Part shown: positions 52,129-63,093 of the stretch, in pieces | Position numbering within the stretch: position 1 is the first letter of the stretch | Layout of the letters: every line of letters begins with the position of its first letter | NCBI GenBank assembly: GCA_963809665.1 | Contig: CAWEKC010000003.1 | Coordinates: 25,277-89,276 of the forward strand | Origin: Candidatus Gottesmanbacteria bacterium | GTDB lineage: Bacteria; Patescibacteriota; Microgenomatia; UBA10105; UBA927 | Direction: 5' to 3' | Length of the DNA stretch: 64,000 nucleotides | Translations under genes and position numbers: made by a program | Notes under the pieces: model-generated | The model's database searches: none | The model's input: only the letters and a program-made list of their open reading frames with translations | Told to the model about the DNA's origin: nothing

Positions 52129-54233
52129 TGTGTAAGCCTTGATTGAAAATCGCGGTCGGCCGGGTCCACGTGGTCCAGATACTGTTGAAGTTCGGCGCGG
52201 GCTGCATCGGGCTCTTTCATTTCCGTATAGAAGACGTACAAACCAAAATATGCGTCGCGGTAATCGGATTTCAGTTTTTTGGCAGTATTCAAAAGCTGCA
52301 CTGCTTTGGTATTGTCTCCCTGCCGGCCATAGAGAATCGCAAGATTATATAATATTTTTGGGTCATTCGGCGAAAGGGTTTGGGCAATTTCCAGTGCGCT
52401 GATTGCCGCCTGATTCAGCTGCGGGTCAAACGTGGAGAATGTGTAATAGAGTTTTGTCCGCGTTTTCCAGAAGTTGACATTCTTAGGGGATGTTCGTAGT
52501 GCTATATCGTTTTCAGCGAGGCTTTGTTTTGCCAATGATGCCGCGAGTGTTGCATTTTTGGCGTCGATTGCAGCGATCGCCAGAGATCCGAGAGTGGTCG
52601 CCAGTTCATCGTGATACATGGGTTCGCCGGGATTGAGGGAGATTGCCTGTGTGTCCGGCCCTTGCGCCCGGGCAAACTCGTTGGCGCGTGCAAGCCGGTA
52701 CCCGCCGGAAAACAACGTATCCGCCTGCCAATAGCGGTACAGCATCACGATTGCGGCAAGTGTTGCCGCAGTCACAATCCAGCATATGATGCGTTCCTGT
52801 TTTTTGAGCCGGGCAAGACTTATAATCCGGTACGACGGATGTGCAACGATTGCAATGATCAGAGCCGGAAACAGGAAAAAGAAAAGCTGTATAACCACGA
52901 CCGAAAATCCGAAAAAATTGGTGACAAGGATTGATACCCAACCCGCAAAAAGTGCAAACGGTACTATTTTTTGTTCAGGTTTTTCTTTCGTCAGGTTTTT
53001 TATAAACCAAAATATAAATGTACCGATGACCAGGAGATAGCTTCCGAGCCCGAACGCTCCGGTTGTCGCCAAATAGTTGAGGTATTCGTTGTGTGCTTTG
53101 TTATATAGGAAATCCCATTCGCTCGTCATATTATGCCCTGCGGGACGGTATTGGTAGAACGCAAATGCGAACGTTTCCGTTCCCGTTCCTACGAGCATAT
53201 TCTTTGTACTTCCACGCCATGCAGATACTGCAGCCTCCCAGACATATTTTCTGATAGTTCCGGATTCCGTACCCCCGGATTCCAAAAGAGTCCCTGTCGG
53301 CGCTTTTTGGACAACAGGAGCTGGCGCCGATACACGGGTGATACGCGTTTTCCATGCAGAAAAGGTGACCCATCGGTCGATTTGATCGACATAGATACCG
53401 TTAAAAAATACGATGACTGCAAAAATCGCATGAAGGATAATAAAAGGACGGACGATTCGTTTTTTTTCTTCCGTTGCAAGATACAGGAGTACCCAGAACA
53501 GAATGTCTGCAACAGCCAATCCCAAAAGTCCGGAGCGGGAACGTGTATAGAGGATAACGAGAAAAAACAGGATGACGGTTAATACGCCAACCAGATATTT
53601 AATACCCTGCATCGCGGTTGCCTGGAGCCTGCCGTTTTTGATCGTTGGTTGATTAAAAACTGCAAAAAATAACGAGATAGGCAGGACTGCTGCTAAAAAC
53701 GCTGCAAGCCAATTGGGCTGGCCCAGTGTCGAGAACACGCGGCTCTGGACGTCCTGGACCCATAAATTCTTGTCTATACCGAAATGTTCGGCAACCCCGT
53801 AGATAGCGACTAGCGTAGCCGTGGCAAGAATGGTATTGAGCGTTTTTTTAACCGGCGGAAAGTGTGTGACAAATGCATAAAACAGGATGACGTACGAGAA
53901 TATAGACCACATGCCGCCGTTAAAACGGGAATAGTATCCGAACCACGAAACGTGCGGGTCCATCGAGAATATTGAGCTCACCAGCTGCGAGACAACGAAA
54001 AGTACGATGGGAATATCCAGGGGTGTTTTGGCAATACGGATCTCGTGGTCGCTTATCATCTGGATAAGCCAGGCTCCGAAAATAACGGCCGTGAGGCCGT
54101 ATGTGACGACCATTTTGTTGTACTCAAACAGTTCGTAGTTCCACGGTGTGAGGATAAGGGGAACAAGAATAAAAAGTAAATAAAAGCCGATCTGGATAAC
54201 CCTCGTGCACCACGCGCTGACATTCATAGGCAT
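52125..54233 (-). CDS. Polytopic membrane protein with an O-antigen ligase/polymerase (Wzy_C)-like core and C-terminal TPR repeats
   Basis: More than 10 TM segments, a YTRSRSGLLG motif and a C-terminal TPR-like region (KILYNLAILYGRQGDNTKAVQLL...). Confidence 0.5.
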   Translation of the reverse strand: MPMNVSAWCTRVIQIGFYLLFILVPLILTPWNYELFEYNKMVVTYGLTAVIFGAWLIQMISDHEIRIAKTPLDIPIVLFVVSQLVSSIFSMDPHVSWFGYYSRFNGGMWSIFSYVILFYAFVTHFPPVKKTLNTILATATLVAIYGVAEHFGIDKNLWVQDVQSRVFSTLGQPNWLAAFLAAVLPISLFFAVFNQPTIKNGRLQATAMQGIKYLVGVLTVILFFLVILYTRSRSGLLGLAVADILFWVLLYLATEEKKRIVRPFIILHAIFAVIVFFNGIYVDQIDRWVTFSAWKTRITRVSAPAPVVQKAPTGTLLESGGTESGTIRKYVWEAAVSAWRGSTKNMLVGTGTETFAFAFYQYRPAGHNMTSEWDFLYNKAHNEYLNYLATTGAFGLGSYLLVIGTFIFWFIKNLTKEKPEQKIVPFALFAGWVSILVTNFFGFSVVVIQLFFFLFPALIIAIVAHPSYRIISLARLKKQERIICWIVTAATLAAIVMLYRYWQADTLFSGGYRLARANEFARAQGPDTQAISLNPGEPMYHDELATTLGSLAIAAIDAKNATLAASLAKQSLAENDIALRTSPKNVNFWKTRTKLYYTFSTFDPQLNQAAISALEIAQTLSPNDPKILYNLAILYGRQGDNTKAVQLLNTAKKLKSDYRDAYFGLYVFYTEMKEPDAARAELQQYLDHVDPADRDFQSRLTQ

Positions 54234-54338
54234 AAGTATACCATATATGTTGCGTTTGGGAGCTTGACTTTACGGCTGAATATCTATAATATAAGCCATT
54301 CAAACTATATCATTTAATGTTGAGGAAAAGGAAAAATT

Positions 54339-54683
54339 ATGATTACCGTTGAACAGAAAAAGGACAAAGCTCAAATGTCCGACCGTATCATTGTGGAAAA
54401 ATTCGGGTTAACTAAACCCGCAATGTTTATAGAGGGGATGAATAGAGACTTACATATTGATTCCATATTGAACCCGTCGGAATTCTCTGAAAGTATATCC
54501 CAGGGAGTTTTACTTCTTTCAGAGATGAAAAAGGCCGCGCAGACAATAACCCCTGCGGAAATATTTGAACAGATGACGAAAGCTATGCCCGAATTCTATG
54601 AGAACATTAGACAGTTGCCGCATGGGGAGCAATCGTTTCATGAGGCAGCCGGAGAATATCTGGTTGCACTGACAAAAAGTTGA
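54339..54683 (+). CDS. Hypothetical protein
   Basis: 114-aa ORF with no recognisable motif. Confidence 0.3.
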   Translation: MITVEQKKDKAQMSDRIIVEKFGLTKPAMFIEGMNRDLHIDSILNPSEFSESISQGVLLLSEMKKAAQTITPAEIFEQMTKAMPEFYENIRQLPHGEQSFHEAAGEYLVALTKS

Positions 54684-54803
54684 TGTCCGGTCGGTTACGA
54701 AACGGGTACAAGCGCATGAATCTCCAAAAGATGACGCCAATTCTCGGAGCAGCCGGACCACGTTAACCGGTTTTGTCGCCCCGCCGCAGTCAGTTCTGAG
54801 GGA

Positions 54804-55452
54804 ATGATGTTGCCGGTCTCTGACAAGAAAAACGATCTTTCTATGAAATTTGATTTACGGGATTACGTTACGGATGAGATACAAAATCAAAAAATTAAAC
54901 CGCTCATTGCAGCGCTTGTTGTTTTCGGTACGTCCGGATATTTTTCATTAAAGTTTATTGCACAAGGCACCGGATTGCCGGGGGCTGATGGATTTGTAGC
55001 GGGGATTTTAATTAACGCATGGGAAAGTTTCGGGTTGGACCTCATGCTAACCGAACCGGGCACCACAAAAGGCGGGCCCGTCATGACAAGTGAAACGAGG
55101 AAAAAAATCAAGGTAATTTTGCAGAAAGCGTTAGTGTATTCAATTCCGCTTGCGTACGCGCTCGATGCAAGCTTTACCGGCATGGGAATTTTTCAGAAAT
55201 ATCCGTTGCCACCGGCAGAGGCAGGATTTCCTGCACAGGCGCTCGCTGTTGCCGGGAGGCTCTTTCATTGCAGGACTGGTTGCGGTTGCACCTGAAGTAA
55301 GTTTGAATGCCATTTCAAAATACGTGAAAGACTCTTCGGAAATAATCCCGGAAATCAATGCAGCCAAATTAACCTGTTCGGCGCTGTGCGTGCCGAAGCG
55401 GCTGCTCGGGACGGGTATTCCGGATGCTCGTCACACGGAAGATAAGGAATAG
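54804..55452 (+). CDS. Hypothetical internal-repeat protein, apparently frameshifted at about 55215-55255 (ORFs 54804..55295 and 55150..55452)
   Basis: Repeated motif GTGLPGADGFVAGILINAWESFGLDLM in frame 0 and SLLPGGSFIAGLVAVAPEVSLNAI in the +1 frame suggest one protein with two repeats. Confidence 0.35.
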
Positions 55453-56039
55453 ATCATCAAGGTAATCTGGAAGGTGATCTGGTATCCCAACTGTTTATTC
55501 TTCGGGACATGTCGTTTATCCCATCCTCAACACCATCGCAAGTAGGCTCTATAGCCTCCGTAAACGTATCCCGCTGAGGAGGGATCGTGGTAGGATCTCT
55601 GATGTACTCTGCTCTTTTTTGAAAACTTCCGATTTCGCATTATTTAAAAGTCTAGCGGTAATCTGATGTCCTTTTTCTGTCTCGAAAGATCAAATGACAT
55701 ATTTGAACACGCTAAGTTGACTTGACAGATTCTTCGGGGTCTCGGTTTCCTCTTTACCATCCGCAAAATTGTGCTTGATGCAAGAGAAGCAGCCCGGGTT
55801 CCCCATAAACTTCTGTACCGACTAAGGATTTATATTGCGTATCTTCTTCGGTGAATATATGACGTGTGATTCTATCCGGCCCTCTCTGGTGTATTTTTCA
55901 GGATTCTATGGTGATTTTTGCGTCTGTGCCTTCCGAGCATTGAAACGACACGTATTGCCCCGACGTACGCTTTATTTCCGGTTACCATATGCCATATTAT
56001 ACCAAGGGTATGCAAGTTTTGTGCTAGAATAGCTCTACA

Positions 56040-57094
56040 ATGCTTGATTGGTTATTCGGGCTTCTTTCGCATGACTTAGGGATAGATCTCGGGACGGCAA
56101 ATACCCTCGTGTATGTACGCGGTAAAGGGATTGTAATCCGCGAGCCTTCTGTCGTGGCGCGGCACCGTAAAACCAAACAGATTGTTGCCATCGGTATGGA
56201 AGCTAAAAAAATGCTCGGGAAGACCCCGACGACCATTGAGGCATTCCGGCCTTTGAAAGACGGTGTCATTGCCGATTTCGATGCGGCTGAGGCAATGCTC
56301 AAACATTATATACAGCTTGTCCACGCCTCACCCCAGCATTCCCTTCTACCCAAAATTCCCCGTCCGAAAGTGGTCATCGGTATTCCTTCGGGGTCACGGA
56401 GGTCGAAAGACGGGCCGTGCAGGAAGCGGCGATTATGGCAGGCGCGCGGGAAGCATACCTTATCGAGGAACCCATGGCGGCGGCAATCGGCGCCGGACTC
56501 CCGGTCCAGGAAACCAACGGAAGCTTTATCTGTGACATTGGCGGGGGGACTAGCGAAATTGCTGTACTGTCTTTGGGAGGCATTGTTATTTCCCGTAGTA
56601 TCCGCATCGCCGGCGATGAGATGGACGAGGCAGTCGTTAACTTTATGCGGCTCAAATATTCACTCATGATCGGTGAGCAGACAGCCGAAGATATAAAAAT
56701 TGCCGTAGGGTCTGCGTACCCGGTTGACAAATCGGAACGGCAAACGGTGGTACGCGGCCGGGATATCGAAACCGGATTGCCAAAATCCATTCGCGTGAAC
56801 GAATCCGAAATCCGTGAAACGCTCGCATCGGTTATCCACGAAATTGTTGAAGGTATAGCCGAAACCATCGAGGAAACTCCGCCGGAGCTAATCGGTGACA
56901 TCATGGAACATGGGATTGTGCTTGCCGGCGGGGGGGCATTAATCCGCGGAATCGATAAGCTTATTGCCACGGAAGTTAAAATGCCGGTCTGGATAACCGA
57001 TGACCCGCAGACGGCAGTCGTACGCGGCTGCGGGATGCTGCTGGATGACGATATATTGCTTCATAAGGTAAAGGTTGCCGCACGCAAATTATGA
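56040..57094 (+). CDS. mreB: Rod-shape determining protein MreB with an apparent -1 frameshift in a G-run at 56390-56393
   Basis: The N-terminus ...PKVVIGIPSG continues in the +2 frame as VTEVERRAVQEAAIMAGAREAYLIEEPMAAAIGAG...VLAGGGALIRGIDK. One extra G restores the frame. Confidence 0.85.
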
Positions 57095-57660
57095 CGAAAC
57101 GAATTGCAACTGTTGTTTCCTGGATATTTGAACCTATCACCATGTTTTTTTGTCTTTTTGTTCTGACATTTATCCGCGGAAATGTTACGGGTGTGTTTAT
57201 ATGGATAGTTTCGGCGGCACTTCTTATCGGCGTACCCCTGGCACTCATTTTAATTGCACTCCGTAAAAAAATCGTGAGCAATTGGGATGTAAGCGAGCGG
57301 CGACAACGGCCGAAAGTGCTGGTGGTGTTGTTGGCATGGGAAGCTGCAAATGTATTTATACTCCGCGTTTTGGTTCCGTCAGGCGTACTGACAACGTTTC
57401 TATTTCTATTGACGGTTCTTGTTGGTTTTACCCTTATTACTCTGCGGTGGAAAATTTCCGGACATGCATTGGCCGCGGCACTGGCGAGTGGTATGATCGT
57501 TTCGTGGTACGGCTGGCGCTGGTGGCCGCTACTATCAATTGTCCCGTTGGTCGGGTGGGCGAGAGTCGTCAGGCGGGATCATACAGTAGGCCAGGTTGTT
57601 GCAGGAGCGGCGTATCCATGGATCCTCATCGGGATTTTCACAAAATTTTTTACTATTTAA
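57091..57660 (+). CDS. Five-TM membrane protein with degenerate PAP2-like motifs, located between mreB and PBP2
   Basis: KISGHALAA (PSGH-like) and RVVRRDHTVGQVVAG (SRx5Hx3D-like). Confidence 0.35.
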   Translation: MTKRIATVVSWIFEPITMFFCLFVLTFIRGNVTGVFIWIVSAALLIGVPLALILIALRKKIVSNWDVSERRQRPKVLVVLLAWEAANVFILRVLVPSGVLTTFLFLLTVLVGFTLITLRWKISGHALAAALASGMIVSWYGWRWWPLLSIVPLVGWARVVRRDHTVGQVVAGAAYPWILIGIFTKFFTI

Positions 57661-57675
57661 ATCTACATTCAAAGT

Positions 57676-59496
57676 ATGAAGTTAGGGAAAGCATTTTCGG
57701 ATAGTATTTCAGTGACACAAAAATCAGCGACGCGTGTTCCGCGGACGCACGGGGAGAGTTGGTGGCTTGGCGCCGGCCGCGCTCTCATATTCGCTACCAT
57801 ATTGTTTGTAGCATTTTTTGTACTGGCGTGGCGGATGTTTGATCTTACCATTATTCAAGGCCGGGAATTCCGCGCCTTGGCAGACAACAACCGGACACGG
57901 GAACTCATCATTCACGCGCCCCGCGGACTGCTTTTAGACCGGACCGGCAAACCGCTGGTTAGCAACATTGCGCAGTACCGGCTTGTCGGGAATACCACGA
58001 AAACGATTTCCAAAGAGGAAGGCGACCGTCTGGCTGGCAGCGGAATTCCACCGGGAACATTTTTAGAAGTTGACTGGCGTAGGGCGTATCTGTATCCGGA
58101 TAGTTTAAGCCAGGTGACCGGGTATACCGGTGAACTTACGGATACGGAATTGCACGACGAGTACTATCAACTGCGTGAGTATCAAGCCGGTGACAAAATC
58201 GGCAGGATGGGAGCCGAAGCATATTTTGAAGATACGCTTCGCGGTCGTGACGGTAAAGAACTTGTCGAAGTGGATGCGACCGGTAAGATTCTGCGGGTCC
58301 TGGGTCGTCAGGAAGCAATTCCCGGCGAGGACGTTACATTGTCAGTGGACGCATCATTATCCGAAGCAGTTGCTCATGCATTCCCGGTGGGAGAGAAAGG
58401 AGCGATTATAGTTGCTAAGCCCGGTACCGGAGAAGTGCTGGCATTGTATTCTGCTCCCACATTCTCCGCAAACAGGTTTTCATTGGGCATGTCGACGGGG
58501 GAATATACGGCGCTTTTAAACAATCCGGACAGGCCTATGTTTAACCGTGCAATCGGAGGCACCTATCCGCCGGGATCGACATTTAAGATTGTTCTTGCCA
58601 TAGGTGGAATGGAAGAAGGCTACGTCAAAGCGGATACGATTGTCGAGGATAACGGGACTATCACCATCGGGCAGTTTACGTTTCCGAACTGGTATTTTCT
58701 TCAGTACGGGAAAACCGAAGGCCCTGTGGATATCGTGAAAGCACTGCAACGGAGTAACGACATATTTTTCTATAAAGTCGGGGAGATGTTGGGGATTACC
58801 AAAATTGCAAAATGGGCGCGTATTGTGGGGTTGGGCAAACCATCGGGTATTGAATTATCCGGGGAGGCGACTGGTCTGGTGCCGGATCCCGCATGGAAGG
58901 CTGTTGCATTTAATACGCCCGCGGATTTGGCCGCGCATAATGATCAATGGTATTTGGGAGATACGTATCATGTGGCAATCGGACAGGGATATTTATTAAC
59001 GACACCGCTGCAGGTTAACGTGTGGACGAATATTATCGCCAGCAGCGGAAAGTTATGCCGGCCGACGATTGCCAAAATTACCGACGGAAAAGGCGACTGT
59101 AAAGATATCGGTATTAAACCTGAAACCATTAAATTGATTTCCACCGGTTTAGAGGAGGCTTGTGCAACCGGAGGCACCGGTTGGCCGTTGTTTGATTTCG
59201 GTATCAAGCGTGACGTGAGTGGCGTTGCCACGTCCTCTGGAACGTTAACCAGTATTCCGGTTGCGTGCAAAACCGGTACGGCGGAATTCGGTGATCCTCA
59301 AAACCGGACACACGCCTGGTTTACCACATTTGCACCCGTTCCGGCAGACGACGTAGCGCCGGAGGATAAAAAAGGTCCGACACTCACCGGTGACCCGGAA
59401 CTTTCCATCACGGTATTAATCGAAGGCGCGGGTGAGGGCAGTAATGTCGCCGCACCGGTTGCCAAAAAGATTTATGAGGAATGGTTCAGCCGGTAA
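57676..59496 (+). CDS. mrdA: Penicillin-binding protein 2 (elongasome transpeptidase)
   Basis: N-terminal TM, STFK (SxxK), SND and KTGTA motifs. Confidence 0.85.
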   Translation: MKLGKAFSDSISVTQKSATRVPRTHGESWWLGAGRALIFATILFVAFFVLAWRMFDLTIIQGREFRALADNNRTRELIIHAPRGLLLDRTGKPLVSNIAQYRLVGNTTKTISKEEGDRLAGSGIPPGTFLEVDWRRAYLYPDSLSQVTGYTGELTDTELHDEYYQLREYQAGDKIGRMGAEAYFEDTLRGRDGKELVEVDATGKILRVLGRQEAIPGEDVTLSVDASLSEAVAHAFPVGEKGAIIVAKPGTGEVLALYSAPTFSANRFSLGMSTGEYTALLNNPDRPMFNRAIGGTYPPGSTFKIVLAIGGMEEGYVKADTIVEDNGTITIGQFTFPNWYFLQYGKTEGPVDIVKALQRSNDIFFYKVGEMLGITKIAKWARIVGLGKPSGIELSGEATGLVPDPAWKAVAFNTPADLAAHNDQWYLGDTYHVAIGQGYLLTTPLQVNVWTNIIASSGKLCRPTIAKITDGKGDCKDIGIKPETIKLISTGLEEACATGGTGWPLFDFGIKRDVSGVATSSGTLTSIPVACKTGTAEFGDPQNRTHAWFTTFAPVPADDVAPEDKKGPTLTGDPELSITVLIEGAGEGSNVAAPVAKKIYEEWFSR

Positions 59497-60145
59497 TATA
59501 TATACCGTTACACTTGCAAACCCTAAGTATCCGAAATTACTGAAAGAAATTTCCGATCCTCCGGAAGTATTATATGTACGCGGAACCGGTTCCAGAATAA
59601 ATCTTGAAAAGACAATTGCGGTTGTGGGAACACGGTATGTAACGGCGTACGGGGTTACCGTGACAAAAAAATTGGTAACGGACCTTGTCGCCCTCGGGTA
59701 CACGATTGTTTCCGGACTCGCATACGGAGTGGATGCGGTGGCTGCCGCGGCAGCCATAGATGCAGGCGGAAAAACGATTGCGGTCCTGGGTTGTGGTATT
59801 GACATTATCTCCCCGCCACGTAACACTGATCTGTACTGGCGCATCGTACATGGTAATGGTGCAGTCATTTCCGAGGTGCCGCCCGGTGAACGTCCGGGTA
59901 AGAAAAAATTCGTGACGAGAAACAGAATTATCAGCGGTTTGTCCCTTGGTGTCGTAGTTACGGAAGGAGCCAAAAATAGCGGTTCACTGATTACGGCAAA
60001 TTATGCGGCCCAACAGGGGAGAGATGTGTTTGCAGTATCCGGTCCGGTGACGAGCAAATATAGCGGTGCAGCATCGTTTCTTTTGAAAAACGGCGCAAAA
60101 CTGGTAGAATCCGCGGATGATATTATTGAAGAATTAAATATATAA
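59474..60145 (+). CDS. dprA: DNA processing protein DprA (Smf), minimal Rossmann-only form
   Basis: VVGTRYVTAYGVTVTKKLVTDLVALGYTIVSGLAYGVDAVAAAAAIDAGGKTIAVLGCGID. Confidence 0.75.
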   Translation: MRNGSAGNIYTVTLANPKYPKLLKEISDPPEVLYVRGTGSRINLEKTIAVVGTRYVTAYGVTVTKKLVTDLVALGYTIVSGLAYGVDAVAAAAAIDAGGKTIAVLGCGIDIISPPRNTDLYWRIVHGNGAVISEVPPGERPGKKKFVTRNRIISGLSLGVVVTEGAKNSGSLITANYAAQQGRDVFAVSGPVTSKYSGAASFLLKNGAKLVESADDIIEELNI

Positions 60146-60198
60146 AATAGAAAAATAGAAAATTATTACTGTAATTTTTGAATAATTTCGATAGATAT

Positions 60199-62247
60199 AT
60201 GAAATTAATAATTGTTGAATCGCCTACAAAAGCACGGACGCTCACCCGGTATTTAAAGGGGAAATATCATGTCGTGGCGACGATGGGCCATATCCGGGAC
60301 CTGCCTAAAAGCGATCTGGGCGTGGATGTGGAGCATGACTTTGCCCCGCGGTACATTGTCCCGCGCGATAAGGCAAAGCATGCGAAGGAATTAAAAGTAA
60401 CCGCAAAAGATGCCGATACTATTATTCTGGCAACCGATCCGGACCGGGAGGGGGAAGCCATTGCATGGCATGTGGCATTTTTATTATCACAGGAGGAAAG
60501 GAAAACAAAGAAAAAGCCGGTTGTCGACAAACCGCGCGACCCCTCAACGTTCCAGCGCATCGCATTTCATGAAATTACTGAACATGCGATTGCAGAGGCG
60601 CTCAAAAATCCGAGATCCATAGATCTCAAACTTGTTGATGCCCAGCAGGCCCGCCGTATTCTTGACCGGCTGGTAGGATATAAATTATCGCCGCTTTTAT
60701 GGCAAAAACTTTCCAAACGCTGGCTTTCTGCCGGCCGCGTCCAGTCCGTTGCCGTCCGGCTTATTGTCGAGCGGGAACGGGAGATTTCCCGGTTCCAGAA
60801 AAAAGAATTTTGGACGATTGAAGGCGACTTTTTAAGTCGTTCCGACCTTTCGTCGGGAGCACACATAATCGCACAATTGATTTCTAAAGAAGGCGTGAAG
60901 TATGAAGAAGTGTTGAGTTTTGATTTATTCGACGGAAAATATACGACAAGTTCTACCTCAATAGCCGACGAAGTTTCCGCCAAAATTATTGTCGCGGACT
61001 TGAAACCGCCGTTCACGGTAGCCGCCGTCGATAAAAAAGAAGTCCGCCGCACTCCGGCTGCGCCGTATACAACAAGTACGCTTCAGCAGGATGCGGGCCG
61101 TAAACTTTATTTTTCCGCTAAAAAAACCATGCAGCTTGCCCAGAAATTATACGAGGAAGGGTACATTACGTATCACCGGACAGACTCATTGAATCTTTCC
61201 GATAAATTTTTGGACGAAGCCCGCGCGTATATTGCCGGTACGTATGGGAAGGAATACGTGTCTGCTTCAGTGCGAAAATATCATACAAAATCGAAAGTAG
61301 CTCAGGAAGCTCACGAGGCAATCCGGCCGACGACCGTTACTACACTGAGTAACTCGCTTGACGGTGACGGGGAGGTCAACCGCGATCATCACCGCCTGTA
61401 TGAATTAATTTGGAAGCGGGCGGTCGCGTCACAGGCCGCGGAAGCCGTCTTCGATTCAACAACGATCGATATCACGAGTAGCAATTCGTATGTGTTTGAA
61501 GCGCAAGGGTCGGTCATAAAATTCGAGGGGTTTTTGAAAATCATGGGTAGGGATGTTGATGAAATAATTATCCCCAACGTGACCGTAGGGCAAATCATTA
61601 AACTCGAAAGCGCCACTCCCACCCAACATTTTACCAACCCGCCGCCGCGATACACGGAGGTCTCCCTTATCAAAACGCTGGAAGAGAAAGATATCGGCCG
61701 TCCCAGTACCTACGCGCCGATTATCTCCACGATCCAGGATCGTCAGTACGTCACGAAGGAAGATAAGAAACTTATTCCCACGGAGCTGGGTAATTCCGTG
61801 ACGGATTTTCTGGTGCAGTATTTTCCGGATATCCTCGAGTTGCCGTTTACCGCCAAAATGGAACACGATTTGGACGCTATCGCCAACGGAGAGGTCGAGT
61901 GGGTGCCGGTCATCCGCGAATTTTACACGCCGTTTGAAAAAGATCTGAATGCCGCATATGACAAAGCAGATAAGGTAAAAGTCGCCGAGGAAGTCATCGA
62001 CGAGGCGTGCCCGTTATGCGGGAACCCCCTGGTTATCCGTATGGGCAGGTTCGGTAAATTTATCGCATGCAGTACGTTCCCGGCATGCAAATATACGCGC
62101 CAGTTTTCCGAAAAAATCGACATGAAGTGCCCCAGAGACGGGGGAGACATCGTCATTAAGCGGACCCGCCGCGGCAGAACATTTTACGGATGCAGCAATT
62201 ACCCGAAGTGCACCTTCGCCGCGTGGAAGAAAGAAGACATAAAGTGA
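60199..62247 (+). CDS. topA: DNA topoisomerase I
   Basis: MKLIIVESPTKARTL Toprim N-terminus and C-terminal zinc ribbons (CPLCGNP...CSTFPAC; CPRDGG...CSNYPKC). Confidence 0.9.
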   Translation: MKLIIVESPTKARTLTRYLKGKYHVVATMGHIRDLPKSDLGVDVEHDFAPRYIVPRDKAKHAKELKVTAKDADTIILATDPDREGEAIAWHVAFLLSQEERKTKKKPVVDKPRDPSTFQRIAFHEITEHAIAEALKNPRSIDLKLVDAQQARRILDRLVGYKLSPLLWQKLSKRWLSAGRVQSVAVRLIVEREREISRFQKKEFWTIEGDFLSRSDLSSGAHIIAQLISKEGVKYEEVLSFDLFDGKYTTSSTSIADEVSAKIIVADLKPPFTVAAVDKKEVRRTPAAPYTTSTLQQDAGRKLYFSAKKTMQLAQKLYEEGYITYHRTDSLNLSDKFLDEARAYIAGTYGKEYVSASVRKYHTKSKVAQEAHEAIRPTTVTTLSNSLDGDGEVNRDHHRLYELIWKRAVASQAAEAVFDSTTIDITSSNSYVFEAQGSVIKFEGFLKIMGRDVDEIIIPNVTVGQIIKLESATPTQHFTNPPPRYTEVSLIKTLEEKDIGRPSTYAPIISTIQDRQYVTKEDKKLIPTELGNSVTDFLVQYFPDILELPFTAKMEHDLDAIANGEVEWVPVIREFYTPFEKDLNAAYDKADKVKVAEEVIDEACPLCGNPLVIRMGRFGKFIACSTFPACKYTRQFSEKIDMKCPRDGGDIVIKRTRRGRTFYGCSNYPKCTFAAWKKEDIK

Positions 62248-62261
62248 TATACTGACGGTGT

Positions 62262-62480
62262 ATGGATGATAGGCGCCGCACACTTGCTGCCATTACCCTG
62301 ATAGTCGGATTTTTGGTTTTGGTTGCCGTCATTGTCGGCGTTCTGCTGTCCGGTAAAAAAGTTCTTTCTCCCGTACCGGAGGATGAGAGCGCCATCAAAA
62401 TTATTTTTATTACGCCGACCCCTACTCAGGCCCCTATCGCATCACCAACGGTAAAACCTAAGGCAACTCCTACGCCATAA
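62262..62480 (+). CDS. Small single-TM protein with a Pro/Thr-rich tail
   Basis: TM LAAITLIVGFLVLVAVIVGVLL. Confidence 0.35.
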   Translation: MDDRRRTLAAITLIVGFLVLVAVIVGVLLSGKKVLSPVPEDESAIKIIFITPTPTQAPIASPTVKPKATPTP

Positions 62481-62484
62481 ACTC

Positions 62485-63093
62485 ATGTACCAACTGCTCA
62501 TTTCAGCCGATCACAGGATTTTCCTTTTTATCAATCACTGGCCGCATACACCCCTCACCGATGCCGTCGCCCTCACCCTGTCCGGTGTGTTTGCCTCAAC
62601 GGTTGTTATCTGGTTACTTTTGAGCGTTTGGTTATTTGTACGGGAAGAGACGAAGGACCATTGGTTTTTCCTGCCCGTGGCATTGGCCTCTGCGTTGAGT
62701 ATTCTGGTCACGGATATATTTCTTAAGAATTTTTTCAGCCGTAACCGTCCGCCCGTAACACTGGGCACCATCAATATAGGCGGCCCTCTTCTGGATCATT
62801 CGTTCCCGTCGGGCCACGCGACGTTTGCATGGGCGCTGGCGGTAGTTCTCGCGTCGAAGGAACCCCGCGCCAGGTGGTTGTTTTACGGATTGGCGTTTTT
62901 TATCTCCCTTTCCCGCGTATATCTTGGTGTACATTATCCCTACGACGTGATTGCAGGATCACTTATCGGTTTGGGAATCGGCAATATTTCTCTTTGGGTT
63001 GAGCAAAACATGATAAAATACCCTCATGTTAAAGTTAAACGCGAAAGAGCTTCGCACAACTCCGGTGGATCCCGAAGCGGCAAAAGACATTAA
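62485..63093 (+). CDS. PAP2 family phosphatase (undecaprenyl-diphosphatase/BcrC-like)
   Basis: KNFFSRNRP, PSGHA and SRVYLGVHYPYDV motifs. Confidence 0.8.
   Translation: MYQLLISADHRIFLFINHWPHTPLTDAVALTLSGVFASTVVIWLLLSVWLFVREETKDHWFFLPVALASALSILVTDIFLKNFFSRNRPPVTLGTINIGGPLLDHSFPSGHATFAWALAVVLASKEPRARWLFYGLAFFISLSRVYLGVHYPYDVIAGSLIGLGIGNISLWVEQNMIKYPHVKVKRERASHNSGGSRSGKRH

Noticed and set aside
55453-56039. Possible RNase P RNA or other structured RNA, suggested by an ACAGAA...CCCGG-like string on the minus strand
   Set aside because: I found no P4 GGAAAGUCCGG core and no consistent helices. The match is too weak to call.
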